This document shows, in pieces, positions 30,408 through 41,075 of a stretch of 64,000 nt of DNA (the stretch's first letter is position 1; every line of letters begins with the position of its first letter). The notes beneath the pieces are model-generated. The model was not told where the DNA came from. It saw nothing but the letters and a program-made list of their open reading frames with translations, and did not search any database. The stretch covers positions 22,298 to 86,297 of the forward strand of contig CAYHOB010000009.1 of NCBI GenBank assembly GCA_964358165.1, given 5' to 3'. The DNA comes from an uncultured Aquirufa sp. GTDB lineage: Bacteria; Bacteroidota; Bacteroidia; Cytophagales; Spirosomataceae. The position numbers were made by a program, and so were the translations under genes.

Positions 30408-31442
30408 TACTCCAAATTTCCGCATTTGACGATCCATCACCGCAAAATAGATGGGTGGAATCAATGCTAAAATCAACATCCCAGGATATCCCGTAGGCAT
30501 CTGAGGAGCACCTACATGATGCCGTAAAATTTGGTATTTTCGAGAAGCCAGGTAATGATGGTCGCTATGCCGACTCAATTCAAATAAAAGCACCCGCCCC
30601 AATAGGTGATTGCTATTCCAAGAATGCTCCGGCTGGACCCTACCGTAGCGATTATTCGTATTTTTCTGACGCGTTAAACCGTAATGTTCAATGTAGTTTA
30701 CGGCTTCCAACAGCAATATTCCGATGGTTGCAGCACTTAAAAAATATCCCAGCGTTGCCATTCCCCAAATCCAATAAATTCCAACAAGTAGGCCTCCTTG
30801 AATCAAATGGAAGATTAACATGTCGTTTTGAAGAGACCAAAAACCCTTATGTTGGTTTTTTAATATCGCACTATTAATTCGCCAAGCACTTCTATAAGTC
30901 CCTGGAATGGTTTGAAAGAAAAAAGCAAATAGACTTTGTCGGTATTTAGCGGTACTTGGATCATCCGGAGTGCCCACCCGGGTATGATGTCCCCGGTTAT
31001 GTTCAATAAAAAAATGCATATACAAGCTCGTGGATAATAATAATTTCGACATCCATTGCTCCACTTTGTTGCTACGATGACCCAACTCATGGGCTAAATT
31101 AATTCCAAAAATTCCTGCTAATAAACCCGCCGTTATAATTCGACCCAATCGATCGATGTTAGCAATGTGAACATCCCCAATTTGACTTAAAAACAAGCAT
31201 AGACAAATAAGGTGTAAGACAAATGCAACATATAAAACGATATCGTAGAACGGATTGTTTTTGGCCGCGATTTCATCTGCTTCGGACAAATTTTGCTCAT
31301 CTGCAGGTAATAATAATTCAACAATAGGTATGAACAGGAAGCTAAACAGGATACTGGACCAACAAGCCAGGCCGACGGAGTGGTAAGAGAGCCAAGCCCC
31401 TGCGAATAAAACAAAAGGAAGCATGTACTTGAGTATGCGCAT
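30399..31442 (-). CDS. alkB: Alkane 1-monooxygenase family membrane diiron enzyme
   Basis: His boxes HELGH, EHNRGHH, NYIEHYG and LSRHSDHH. Confidence 0.9.
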   Translation of the reverse strand: MRILKYMLPFVLFAGAWLSYHSVGLACWSSILFSFLFIPIVELLLPADEQNLSEADEIAAKNNPFYDIVLYVAFVLHLICLCLFLSQIGDVHIANIDRLGRIITAGLLAGIFGINLAHELGHRSNKVEQWMSKLLLSTSLYMHFFIEHNRGHHTRVGTPDDPSTAKYRQSLFAFFFQTIPGTYRSAWRINSAILKNQHKGFWSLQNDMLIFHLIQGGLLVGIYWIWGMATLGYFLSAATIGILLLEAVNYIEHYGLTRQKNTNNRYGRVQPEHSWNSNHLLGRVLLFELSRHSDHHYLASRKYQILRHHVGAPQMPTGYPGMLILALIPPIYFAVMDRQMRKFGVLE

Positions 31443-31477
31443 AGCCTTTGCAATAACAATTCAACAATTATGACAAG

Positions 31478-32635
31478 TTAAACTTGTTTTATTGCATTAA
31501 CAAAGTTGGAGGCTACTTGTTCTATTTGATAATTCGCCAAAAACAAGGCGCGCGCATTGCTAGCTAATCGCTTCTGCAAATTAGCGTCTGAAACGAGGGT
31601 TTGCATTGCTTGACAAACGGCATCTTGAGTGGGCTCACAAATAAGAGCTGCATCTGCAGCGATCAATTCACTTGCAAAACCGATTCGTGTACTTAGCACA
31701 CTGGGTTTTCCATAAGCGAGTGCTTCCAAGGCTGCTATTGAAAAACCCTCAGAATAACTAGGCAATATGAAGCCAGAAACTTGTTCGAGTAAATGTGCTT
31801 TATTGGAACCTCTAACTACATCAAACACATCAATATTTGTATAGGGATAAGTGAACATTCGATCTTGAAGTTCATTCGAAAAATCATCTTGAGGACCCGC
31901 AATAATTAAATGAACATCTTTGCCGTGTTTATGCGACAATTCTTCAAAAGCATTAATCAATATATCCAAGCCCTTTTTTCGATTAATACGACTTAAGAAT
32001 AAAAACACAAACGAAGTATCAGCTTTAATTTCAGCCATACGCTTAACAAAATCAGGGGAAGGATCGGGGAGTATTTGTGCCTTAGGGTCTTCGATTCCAT
32101 TCGGGATAAAAACGATTTTGGCGCGCAAATCAGGGAATAGGTCGAGTAAAATTTGTTCTTCTTCCCGACTAATCACATGGATCAAATCTGCTTGACGGAG
32201 GAAACGCTTTTGCATCAAATTCCATAAAAGCTTTTTTTTCCATGCTGAACGTTTCCAGGCATAAGGATCTAAAAATCCATGAATGGTAATAATTTTTTTT
32301 GCTTTATTAGGAACAAGGAAGGGTAATAATGCACCAAAATACCACAAGCCATGGATGTGAATAAATTGAAATGTATGACGCTTTCGGATAAACCAAAACA
32401 ACAAAGACCATGAAAACTCGGATAAAATACGAGAAAAAATGCTTTGCGTGAAAACCGACAAATGTACACCTGGAGCTGTTGGGTAAGCATGATGTGTCTG
32501 ATCCATGGAACTTGCTATACTCACATCCATGCCAGCAGCTACTTGAAAACCCGAATGATTCAATATCACACTTGCAGGCCCTCCTGATTCATAGGAATAA
32601 GAACACAAATGCAATAAATGATCTTTTTGATTCAT
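31478..32635 (-). CDS. Glycosyltransferase family 4
   Basis: HIHGLW, FIPNGI, FLSRINRKKGLD, LPSYSEGFSIAALEALAYG. Confidence 0.92.
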   Translation of the reverse strand: MNQKDHLLHLCSYSYESGGPASVILNHSGFQVAAGMDVSIASSMDQTHHAYPTAPGVHLSVFTQSIFSRILSEFSWSLLFWFIRKRHTFQFIHIHGLWYFGALLPFLVPNKAKKIITIHGFLDPYAWKRSAWKKKLLWNLMQKRFLRQADLIHVISREEEQILLDLFPDLRAKIVFIPNGIEDPKAQILPDPSPDFVKRMAEIKADTSFVFLFLSRINRKKGLDILINAFEELSHKHGKDVHLIIAGPQDDFSNELQDRMFTYPYTNIDVFDVVRGSNKAHLLEQVSGFILPSYSEGFSIAALEALAYGKPSVLSTRIGFASELIAADAALICEPTQDAVCQAMQTLVSDANLQKRLASNARALFLANYQIEQVASNFVNAIKQV

Positions 32636-32636
32636 G

Positions 32637-33539
32637 CTAAAATTCAATCTTCCACTCAAGCTGAATGATATCCCTTAAGCGGTTTAGGTCACCTTGCGCA
32701 GCCTTTTCAGCCTCATAAATATTGATGTCGACTAATAAACGATACCAAAATCCTTGCATAAAATGAAATATCCAAACCTTCGGATGATCCAAGAATCCCA
32801 ATTGGAAAATAAAACGAAAGACATAATAGGCTATTGCGCGAAAACCTATTGGCATCCGATTATATAAACTATTTTTTGCGGTTCTTTTGGTATGGGCTTG
32901 GCTATTGCCTGTGGCCGACAAATCCGTCGTATAGGTAAATTGGTATTTTTGATTCAAGGCGTCTGCGGCTTCACGACGCGCATAATTATTATGCTTCAGC
33001 ACCCACCAATGCATGGAGTTTAAATTTTCATCCACAACATGTTCGGTAAACCTTATTGTTTTTCCTGAAGATAAGATAATATGTTCATCCATCAGACGTT
33101 GCTCGCAAGCGCCTAAACCAGTTCGCCAAAGTCTCAATAAATGTATAGGATAGAACCCGCCAAATCGAATCCATCGTCCTTTAAAAATCACTTTTCGTGT
33201 AAATTCTACTCCAGCAATATTAGATGAAAGGGCAGGTAATTTGTGCTTAATTTCTTGTTGGAGTTCTTCAGTCAAATATTCGTCTGCATCAATACGTAAT
33301 GTCCAAGCGCTTTGAATATGCGCTTCCTGTATTCCCCAATTTAATTGTTTGGCATAATTATTTTCCCAAACGTGCGAATATACTTCTGCACCCAAATCCC
33401 TTGCAATATCTACTGTACGATCGGTAGAATGGGAATCAATGATGCAGATACGTGAGCAAACAGCCTGCAAGCTTTGAATACAGCGAGCAATGTGTTTTTC
33501 TTCATTAAACGTCAAAATGATTGCCGTAATTTGGGTCAT
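32637..33539 (-). CDS. Glycosyltransferase family 2
   Basis: IILTFNEE, IDSHSTDRT, LRIDADE. Confidence 0.92.
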   Translation of the reverse strand: MTQITAIILTFNEEKHIARCIQSLQAVCSRICIIDSHSTDRTVDIARDLGAEVYSHVWENNYAKQLNWGIQEAHIQSAWTLRIDADEYLTEELQQEIKHKLPALSSNIAGVEFTRKVIFKGRWIRFGGFYPIHLLRLWRTGLGACEQRLMDEHIILSSGKTIRFTEHVVDENLNSMHWWVLKHNNYARREAADALNQKYQFTYTTDLSATGNSQAHTKRTAKNSLYNRMPIGFRAIAYYVFRFIFQLGFLDHPKVWIFHFMQGFWYRLLVDINIYEAEKAAQGDLNRLRDIIQLEWKIEF

Positions 33540-33596
33540 GCACCAAGAATTTCAACAAATTTACCATTAGCCCGTGGATTCACAAGGCATTTGCAC

Positions 33597-35498
33597 TTAT
33601 TCTATCCGGTAGTAACGATGTCTTACAAGAATTTCGGGTTTAAATCCGCCTTTGAAAAAATGTGCTTCGCTAATTTTAATGGATTGTAAGCGATTGCTAG
33701 CATCCGGTTCTACTATGTAAAAACGTTTTGCCTGAGCTAAATTCAAGATTAAGTTATTTGACCAAAAACCTTTCTTCAATAAATTAGGTGCAATGCTAAC
33801 TTTTTCATGCGATTGATAGGATTTAAAATCGGCCATTAATTGAGGGGGCTGAAAAAATAAATTAGCCAAATTTCCCAACGAGCTATACGCTGTTTCAAAA
33901 GAACTTTCGCGTAAATACCCCGATTGAAGTTCGCCCAATTGAATCTCCTCTCCTATTCGATGACGTGACTGACGTGTATAAACCAAACGAAGTTTCCTTG
34001 CCTTCGCTTGGCGTTTAAAAAGCAACAAAGTATCATTCGAGTCGGTAAGGCTATAATGTTTAAATAATGCCTTTTGGGTAAGCAATTCCTCTGACCAGGG
34101 ATATTTCTGGCTTGACTTTTCTAAACTATAAATCACAAATTGAGGTGCCTTTTCAGAAGCAAAAAATGCTTCATTTAAACTGTCTAAATATCGATCTCCA
34201 GCCACATAACTTTGCAAAGTTGGACGAGGGGAATAATTCAAGTCATTGCTATGCACCCATGAAATTTGATAAGGAATCACATCGACCGTTTCATGCTTAA
34301 TTTGTTTGATAAATGTATTTGGCAATTGTGATTTATTCGTTGGAATTTCGAGTGTTCCTTCCAAATAATTTTTTAAAATAAAAGGTCTGTACTTAATTCC
34401 ATGCCAAATTCCGAGCGGAGTGAAACCGATCGAAGGAGCATATACTAGTAAATAGAAAACAAATAATGTGGGCATTAATCCAACAAAAATTTGCTTGATC
34501 AATCGCTGAGCAGAAAAAGAATAAAGTAATAAGCATACATACGTCATTAATTTAATATAAGCTGTAAAATGGCCTGAATCTGCACGGACAAAACTATATT
34601 TCAACAAAATGAATGCAATACCAAGGCCAGTAGCCAACAGAAAATACTCTCTCAACCTTTGCTTTTCGGTACCTATTACAAAATAAAACGAGGCCATTAA
34701 CAGAAGCACAAATAAGCCATAAGTTAAAGCTGTTAATTTTCTAAATCCAACGGGAAAGACAGACATCCCTGAATTATAAAATGCGATAATATGAAAGCTA
34801 GATTCTACATACATTAATATATCGGTATGAAGATAATCAGCCCAAACAACTAAACTAAACAGAAAAATACCTACATACATTAAACCCTCCCACCAAAGCA
34901 TTCGCTTTTCAAGAACAAGCACCAATAATAAGGCAATTAAAAAGACCCAAACGACTAGACCAAAATTCACTTTGGTAAAGAAGATGATGCCTAATAAAAT
35001 GAATGCGAGTACTAAAGATATTCCTTGTTTCCATTTTGATTTAGCATATAATGCTACGAATCCGTGATACATCCCTAAAAACATCCAAAGGAATGTGGTC
35101 GTTTCACCAATCATCTCAAAAGAAAAGAGATTGAAGGCAAAAAATAGTATTATGTGATAGATTTTGGCTTGCTTAGGAAAACATGTGGCATGGAAATACA
35201 GAAGATTTGCAAAGAAAAAAGCATCATAAAGCAATTGTTTCCACATGGAAACATGAATGGGTAATCGATAGATATATGAACCCAGAGGTCCATAAGTGAA
35301 CACGATATCTTTCCCCCAAGTACCTGAATGTTCACGCAAAAGACCCAAAGCAATTTGCCAAGAGGGGTCAAGGCCTATTCCCGGTGCTTCAAATAATCGA
35401 AGGTATGGGAATGTCAAATACACCAAAACACTTGCATAAAGCCAAAAAGGCCATGCTTTTTGAATGGGTTTGTGCAAGAATAATAATATAGAATCCAA
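33597..35498 (-). CDS. Multi-pass membrane protein with a C-terminal soluble domain (GT-C-like candidate)
   Basis: GLDPSW...GKDIVFTYGPLG early loop motif, about 11-12 TM segments. TTG start uncertain. Confidence 0.6.
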   Translation of the reverse strand: MDSILLFLHKPIQKAWPFWLYASVLVYLTFPYLRLFEAPGIGLDPSWQIALGLLREHSGTWGKDIVFTYGPLGSYIYRLPIHVSMWKQLLYDAFFFANLLYFHATCFPKQAKIYHIILFFAFNLFSFEMIGETTTFLWMFLGMYHGFVALYAKSKWKQGISLVLAFILLGIIFFTKVNFGLVVWVFLIALLLVLVLEKRMLWWEGLMYVGIFLFSLVVWADYLHTDILMYVESSFHIIAFYNSGMSVFPVGFRKLTALTYGLFVLLLMASFYFVIGTEKQRLREYFLLATGLGIAFILLKYSFVRADSGHFTAYIKLMTYVCLLLYSFSAQRLIKQIFVGLMPTLFVFYLLVYAPSIGFTPLGIWHGIKYRPFILKNYLEGTLEIPTNKSQLPNTFIKQIKHETVDVIPYQISWVHSNDLNYSPRPTLQSYVAGDRYLDSLNEAFFASEKAPQFVIYSLEKSSQKYPWSEELLTQKALFKHYSLTDSNDTLLLFKRQAKARKLRLVYTRQSRHRIGEEIQLGELQSGYLRESSFETAYSSLGNLANLFFQPPQLMADFKSYQSHEKVSIAPNLLKKGFWSNNLILNLAQAKRFYIVEPDASNRLQSIKISEAHFFKGGFKPEILVRHRYYRIE

Positions 35499-35542
35499 AA
35501 AAGTAATTTTGTAGGCAAATACGACTGAACAAATTTAGTCAG

Positions 35543-35579
35543 AAAAACAAAAAAGACCCACACATTAGTGCAGGTCTTT
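35543..35579 (-). terminator. Rho-independent terminator after tRNA-Arg
   Basis: Minus strand AAAGACCTGCAC-TAAT-GTGTGGGTCTTT followed by TTTGTTTTT. Confidence 0.7.
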
Positions 35580-35585
35580 ATTAAG

Positions 35586-35659
35586 TGGTCGCGTAGGGAT
35601 TCGAACCCCAAACCTTCTCATCCGTAGTGAGATGCTCTATCCAGTTGAGCTACGCAACC
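35586..35659 (-). tRNA. tRNA-Arg (anticodon ACG), CCA not encoded
   Basis: GGTTGCG/CGCGACC acceptor stem, TAGCTCAACTGGATAGAGC D arm, CTCA-CT-ACG-GA-TGAG anticodon arm, GGTTCGAATCC T arm. Confidence 0.97.
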
Positions 35660-35677
35660 ATTGCCCTTTCGGGACTG

Positions 35678-35685
35678 CAAAGGTA
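35678..35685 (-). promoter_or_regulatory. -7 promoter element for tRNA-Arg
   Basis: TACCTTTG(CA) on the minus strand, 19 nt upstream of the tRNA. Confidence 0.7.
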
Positions 35686-35780
35686 GAAATACTTTTTAAA
35701 AATTGAAACATTCCCTTGAAAAAAAATATCGCATCCCCTTTGTCCTTTTAGTTAATGCAAAGGCATACAAGCACTTGCTC

Positions 35781-36992
35781 CTATTTTTTGTATTGAATTC
35801 GATAGATACTTCCTCCCAAATCATCACACACATACAGTGAACCATCGGGTCCTTCCGCTACACCGCAAGGGCGATGCTGGATTGGACCCGTCGGATTCGC
35901 CAAATCTGTCCCAGCAAAATTATCCGCAAATAATTCCCATTTGCCACTCGGCTGACCGTTTTTAAAAGGCACAAAGGCAACAAAATAACCTTTCTTCAAC
36001 TCCGGAGATTGACCATGAAACGCAATAAATGCACCTTGCTTATAACGAGCCGGAAATTGATTGCCCTGGTAAAACAAAAGATCATTCGGACCCAAATGCG
36101 CCGGAAATGCAACAATGGGATTCAGGGCATTTTCGCCGCCTGTTTTCTTCCCATCTCCCCCAAATTCAGGAGCTACGATCTTTTTTTTCTGCTTTTGGTC
36201 ATAATATATATAAGGCCAACCGGCATCATCGCCAGCTTTTTTGAATTCATACATCGCTTCTGCTGGTAATTCCTGCGACTGTTGGGCCGTGTAATATTGA
36301 GGATAAAAATCGTGGAATTGGCCCCGACCATGCCCCATCGCAAACAGGGATTGTGTTTGTGGATTCCACGTAATACCAACGGCATTTTTTAAACCCGTAG
36401 CATAGCGAACTCCATCTTTAAATCCTTGATTCAATTTATTGGCATCAAATTGCCAAATACCACCTGCTGAATCCAAAATGGCACATGGATTCATGCCTTG
36501 GCCCGTTCCAGGGACCCGACAAGGGTCATTCCAAGAGCCAATCGTCACATATATATGCTTTTTACCTTGATCAAAGACGAAGGGTTTGGCATTATCCCGA
36601 CCATGATCCGGTAATCCATCCACTATCGTATCAAATTTATTGGGGTCCAAAATTTCCCCATTTGCATTCAAAGCATAACGAAATACCCCCTTATTAGACG
36701 ATGCATAAAAATATTCGCCATCAATCATGATTCCTGTACCGGTATAGTTTCCGAAGGCCTTCAAATCTTCGAATACACCATCTTGATCCGAGTCTTTTAA
36801 TTGGACTATCCCATTACCCTCCATTAATTTGGATAATTTGGCATAAACAATTCCTTGTTTGGAAACAGTGATGTGACGGGTTGGACCTAAGTTTTTGGCA
36901 ATTTCAGTAACAGAAAAGCCAACAGGCACCTTAATTTCTTGTGCAAAAAGCATGTAGGGAACCATCATGCCAAAGAGCAACATTCTTTTCAT
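35781..36992 (-). CDS. PQQ-dependent sugar/sorbosone dehydrogenase family beta-propeller
   Basis: Signal peptide, ATGLKNAVGITW, DAGWPY, FPAHLGPNDLLFY, HRPCGVAEGPDGSLYVCDD. Confidence 0.85.
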   Translation of the reverse strand: MKRMLLFGMMVPYMLFAQEIKVPVGFSVTEIAKNLGPTRHITVSKQGIVYAKLSKLMEGNGIVQLKDSDQDGVFEDLKAFGNYTGTGIMIDGEYFYASSNKGVFRYALNANGEILDPNKFDTIVDGLPDHGRDNAKPFVFDQGKKHIYVTIGSWNDPCRVPGTGQGMNPCAILDSAGGIWQFDANKLNQGFKDGVRYATGLKNAVGITWNPQTQSLFAMGHGRGQFHDFYPQYYTAQQSQELPAEAMYEFKKAGDDAGWPYIYYDQKQKKKIVAPEFGGDGKKTGGENALNPIVAFPAHLGPNDLLFYQGNQFPARYKQGAFIAFHGQSPELKKGYFVAFVPFKNGQPSGKWELFADNFAGTDLANPTGPIQHRPCGVAEGPDGSLYVCDDLGGSIYRIQYKK

Positions 36993-37063
36993 AAAAAATT
37001 GATAGGTTTAGAAATCACAAGGTAGTATTTAATTACAAAATCACTACACCGAATTAATGGGTA

Positions 37064-38503
37064 CTATTCCATTTTTCTCCGCAAGCGCGCAACCGGAATT
37101 CCCAATTGCTCCCTGTATTTTGCTACGGTGCGACGTTTGACGACAAAGCCTTTTTCGGCCAACAAGCCTTCTAGGTCCTCATCCGAATAAGCATGGCCTG
37201 CAGGTTCATTAGCGATTAATTCCCGCAAGATATTTTTGACCTCCCGCGTTGAAAAATCCTCCCCTGATTCATGCGTAATTCCCTCTGAAAAGAAATATTT
37301 CAAAGGATACATGCCAAAATCAGTCTGCACCGATTTTGCCGAAACGACCCGAGAAACAGTTGAAATGTCCATTTCAATCACTTCGGCAATTTCCTTCATG
37401 CGGAGCGGTTTTAATTTAGACTCATCCCCCGTCAGAAAAAAATCATATTGTTGGCCTACAATACTCTCCATCGTCTTCAACAACGTTCCCTGCCGTTGCT
37501 GGATTGCCTGAATAAACCAGGAGGCAGAATCCAATTTGTGTTTAATAAAAGTAACCGCTTCTTTGACCTCTTTTTGCTGTTTATCCCCCTTTGAATAGGT
37601 TTGGAGCATTTCCTGAAAGGATTTACTCACACGCAATTCAGGTGCATTTTTTCCATTTAATTTAATATCCAATTTTCCATCGGCTTGACTGACGATAAAG
37701 TCTGGTTGCAGAAAGGGGGCCACCTCTCCTGCCTCACTGCCTCCTGGTTTGGGATTTAAATGCGTGATAATTTTAATCGCTTTCTTCAACAATTCTTCTT
37801 CAACGGTTAGTTTTTGTTGGAGTTGGCTATAGTGCTTCTTCGAAAAATCATCAAAATATTGATCTATCAACCGGATAGCTACTTGCAATGCCTGATCATC
37901 TACAATATGCTTCCGGTGCAATTGGATAGACAAACATTCTTGTAAATCCCGGGCACCAATTCCAGCAGGATCTAATTGTTGGACTTTTAAAAGCACCGAT
38001 TCAACTTCTTGAAAATCGGTCTCAAAACCCACCGTAAATGCTAAATCATTTACAATACTTTCAATATTCCGACGCAAATATCCATCGTCTTCTAGCGACC
38101 CAATTAATTGTTCCGCGATAATTCGTTCTCGATCACTTGAAATGACAAAGCCAATTTGCATCAACAAAAACTCTTCTGCGCTGGGGACAGTTGGCATTGG
38201 CCTGTCACGCATTTCCTCGTTGGGGTCATACGAATCTCCCGCCATCTTATAGCCCGCATAATCATCTTGCAAATAATCATCGATAGACATTTCGTCATTG
38301 ACTAAATCATCTACCGTCTCGCGATCTCCAATTTCCTCCAAGCGCTCCTCTGAAATTCCTTCTTCCAAAGCGGGGTTTTCCTCTAATTCCGCCTCGATCC
38401 GGGCAGCCAATTCGGCTGTAGGAATTTGCAACAACTTGATCAGCTGAATTTGCTGAGGAGAAAGTCGCTGCTGTTGCGATAAATTGATTGATAAACCTTG
38501 CAT
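37064..38503 (-). CDS. rpoN: RNA polymerase sigma-54 factor
   Basis: QQQRLSPQQIQ region I, DISTVSRVV, RpoN box KRRTVAKYRE. Confidence 0.96.
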   Translation of the reverse strand: MQGLSINLSQQQRLSPQQIQLIKLLQIPTAELAARIEAELEENPALEEGISEERLEEIGDRETVDDLVNDEMSIDDYLQDDYAGYKMAGDSYDPNEEMRDRPMPTVPSAEEFLLMQIGFVISSDRERIIAEQLIGSLEDDGYLRRNIESIVNDLAFTVGFETDFQEVESVLLKVQQLDPAGIGARDLQECLSIQLHRKHIVDDQALQVAIRLIDQYFDDFSKKHYSQLQQKLTVEEELLKKAIKIITHLNPKPGGSEAGEVAPFLQPDFIVSQADGKLDIKLNGKNAPELRVSKSFQEMLQTYSKGDKQQKEVKEAVTFIKHKLDSASWFIQAIQQRQGTLLKTMESIVGQQYDFFLTGDESKLKPLRMKEIAEVIEMDISTVSRVVSAKSVQTDFGMYPLKYFFSEGITHESGEDFSTREVKNILRELIANEPAGHAYSDEDLEGLLAEKGFVVKRRTVAKYREQLGIPVARLRRKME

Positions 38504-38556
38504 TAGGACGTAAATTTAAATACAAAAATAATTGAAAAAATTCGGTTTTTTTGTGG

Positions 38557-38564
38557 TATTTTTG
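38557..38564 (+). promoter_or_regulatory. Candidate -7 promoter element for asnS
   Basis: TATTTTTG about 40 nt upstream of the ATG. Confidence 0.45.
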
Positions 38565-38604
38565 AGGCTTATTGCGCCCATTACAGGGCTACTGAGAATC
38601 ATTT

Positions 38605-40035
38605 ATGCAAATTAAAGAAATCCTTTCCTTATCCCCATCCAATCAAAACCTTGTCATTAAGGGGTGGGTTCGTACCAAACGCGTTTCAGCCAATGTCGCT
38701 TTCATTGCCTTAAACGATGGTTCAACCATTCACAACATTCAAGGCGTCGTATCTGACGGGGCTGTTTCAGAAGAAACATTAAAATTAGTAACAACGGGGG
38801 CATGTATTGCCATGACTGGTACCTTAATTCCTTCACAAGGACAAGGACAGTCTGTTGAGTTACAAGTTAATTCCATTGAAGTTTATGGTGTCGCTGACCC
38901 AGAAAAATATCCTTTACAACCGAAAAAACACTCCTTGGAGTTCTTACGCGAAATTGCGCATTTACGTCCTCGAACAAATACTTTTTCGGCCATATTACGT
39001 GTACGCCATGCATTAGCCTATGCCGTACATACCTATTTTAATCAAAACCAATTCTTCTATTTACACACGCCTATCATCACGGGATCGGATGCGGAAGGCG
39101 CAGGAGAAATGTTCCGCGTAACAACATTACCGGCAACGAATCCTCCTTTGACTGAAGATGGGAAAGTGGATTACAAAGAAGATTTCTTTGGAAAAGAGAC
39201 CAATTTGACGGTTTCAGGCCAATTAGAAGGAGAATTAGGCGCTATGGCCTTGTCAAAGGTTTATACGTTTGGCCCAACTTTTCGTGCGGAAAATTCGAAT
39301 ACAACGCGCCATTTAGCAGAGTTTTGGATGATCGAACCGGAGGTTGCATTCAATGAATTAGAAGACAACATGAATTTGGCGGAAGACTTCACCAAATTCT
39401 GTATCAAATACGCTTTGGAGCATTGTGCAGATGATATTGCGTTTTTAGAGAAGCGCCTATTGGACGAAGAAAAAACAAAGAAAAAAGAAGAACAATCGGA
39501 ATTATCACTCACCGAAAAGTTACGATTTGTGACAGAGAATGATTTCGAGCGCATTACTTATACAGAGGCAATCAATATCCTCTTGCAATCCAAAACCCAT
39601 AAGCAAGGAAAATTCCAATATCCGGTCGAATGGGGCATCGATTTGCAATCAGAACACGAGCGCTGGTTAGTTGAAAAACACTTCAAAAAACCCGTTATCT
39701 TGACGAATTACCCAAAAGACATCAAGGCCTTTTACATGAAGTTGGACGAAGATGGCAAAACCGTTCGTGCCATGGATGTCTTATTCCCGGGTATTGGTGA
39801 GATTATTGGAGGTTCCCAGCGGGAAGATGATTACGAGAAATTATTGCAACGCACAAAGGACGTAGGCATCGAGGAAGAATCGATCTGGTGGTATTTGGAA
39901 ACGCGTAAATTCGGGTCCGCACCACATGCGGGCTTTGGATTAGGCTTTGAGCGTTTGGTATTATTCGTGACAGGAATGAGCAACATCCGTGATGTGATTC
40001 CATTCCCAAGAACACCTAAAACTGCTGAATTTTAA
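38605..40035 (+). CDS. asnS: Asparagine--tRNA ligase
   Basis: [36 protein letters not shown]. Confidence 0.97.
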   Translation: MQIKEILSLSPSNQNLVIKGWVRTKRVSANVAFIALNDGSTIHNIQGVVSDGAVSEETLKLVTTGACIAMTGTLIPSQGQGQSVELQVNSIEVYGVADPEKYPLQPKKHSLEFLREIAHLRPRTNTFSAILRVRHALAYAVHTYFNQNQFFYLHTPIITGSDAEGAGEMFRVTTLPATNPPLTEDGKVDYKEDFFGKETNLTVSGQLEGELGAMALSKVYTFGPTFRAENSNTTRHLAEFWMIEPEVAFNELEDNMNLAEDFTKFCIKYALEHCADDIAFLEKRLLDEEKTKKKEEQSELSLTEKLRFVTENDFERITYTEAINILLQSKTHKQGKFQYPVEWGIDLQSEHERWLVEKHFKKPVILTNYPKDIKAFYMKLDEDGKTVRAMDVLFPGIGEIIGGSQREDDYEKLLQRTKDVGIEEESIWWYLETRKFGSAPHAGFGLGFERLVLFVTGMSNIRDVIPFPRTPKTAEF

Positions 40036-40409
40036 TGTTTTTCAAACAAGTAAATCAAAGTATAGGGCATGCCATTGATGGAATTATAGATCTCATCAAA
40101 CGCGAAAGAAATGCCAAAATACACTTGGCGGCTACTGCCCTTGTGATTTACGTAGGATGGAAATTGGATTTTGTTGCACAAGAATGGATTTGGATTAGTT
40201 TGGCTGTTGCCTGTGTTTGGGTTGCGGAATTGATAAATTCTGCCATCGAGCGACTAACTGATTTGGTTTCCCCAGAACACCATCCTTTGGCCAAACAAGT
40301 TAAAGATTATGCAGCAGGTGCTGTTTTAATTATGTCGCTTTGGGCTATTATTGTATTTTGCCTGATTGCATTACCTCATCTATGGGTGTGGTTAACATTT
40401 TCAAATTAA
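40035..40409 (+). CDS. Diacylglycerol/undecaprenol kinase family protein
   Basis: ERNAKIH, AELINSAIERLTD, KDYAAGAV. Confidence 0.9.
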   Translation: MFFKQVNQSIGHAIDGIIDLIKRERNAKIHLAATALVIYVGWKLDFVAQEWIWISLAVACVWVAELINSAIERLTDLVSPEHHPLAKQVKDYAAGAVLIMSLWAIIVFCLIALPHLWVWLTFSN

Positions 40410-40410
40410 T

Positions 40411-41070
40411 ATGAAAGAATACGGATCGAGTGTACAAAAATTGGTCAATTACATCATGACCATCGCCGACCGCGAGCAGCGTACTAAATATGCCTTTATT
40501 ATGGTGGATTTGATGAAACAAATTCATCCCAACATGAAGGATAACAGTCAAGATTATTCCAAAAAGCTTTGGGATGACTTGTTTATTATGTCCAACTTCG
40601 AATTGGATGTGCAGGGACCATTTCCTCCCCCATCACCGGAGTCGGTAGGTAAAGCACCTCGCAAGGTGGCATATAACCAACATCATTTAAAGTTTAAACA
40701 TTACGGCCGCAATGTGGAATTGTTAATTCTCCGGGCGATCGCTGAGGAAAAACTGGAAGACAAAAAGATCCTCGTGGCTTATATCGCACGTTTAATGAAG
40801 GGTTTTTATGTCACCTGGAATAAGGATACCGTGGACGATTCAGTTATTTGGCAGAACATCAAAGACATGTCGGAAAACCTATTAGGAAGCATCGTCGATG
40901 AATTATCCCAAGAGACTTTAGGGCATGCAAAGGTGGCCAATAACGCTCGAAATGCGTACAACGCCCCTGAATATCCGAACAACAATAATAACCGGAACAA
41001 TAATTTCCGCAAGAACAATAACTTCAGAAATAACAACAATCGTAATAACAATTACCGAAAAAATAAGTAA
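40411..41070 (+). CDS. DUF4290 domain protein with Asn-rich tail
   Basis: EYGSSVQKLV, KLWDDLFIMS, HYGRNV. Sits directly upstream of murA. Confidence 0.85.
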   Translation: MKEYGSSVQKLVNYIMTIADREQRTKYAFIMVDLMKQIHPNMKDNSQDYSKKLWDDLFIMSNFELDVQGPFPPPSPESVGKAPRKVAYNQHHLKFKHYGRNVELLILRAIAEEKLEDKKILVAYIARLMKGFYVTWNKDTVDDSVIWQNIKDMSENLLGSIVDELSQETLGHAKVANNARNAYNAPEYPNNNNNRNNNFRKNNNFRNNNNRNNNYRKNK

Positions 41071-41075
41071 GATTT

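Noticed and set aside
31478-35659. Prophage or integrative element at tRNA-Arg
   Set aside because: No integrase, no phage genes, and I found no duplicated tRNA 3' end.
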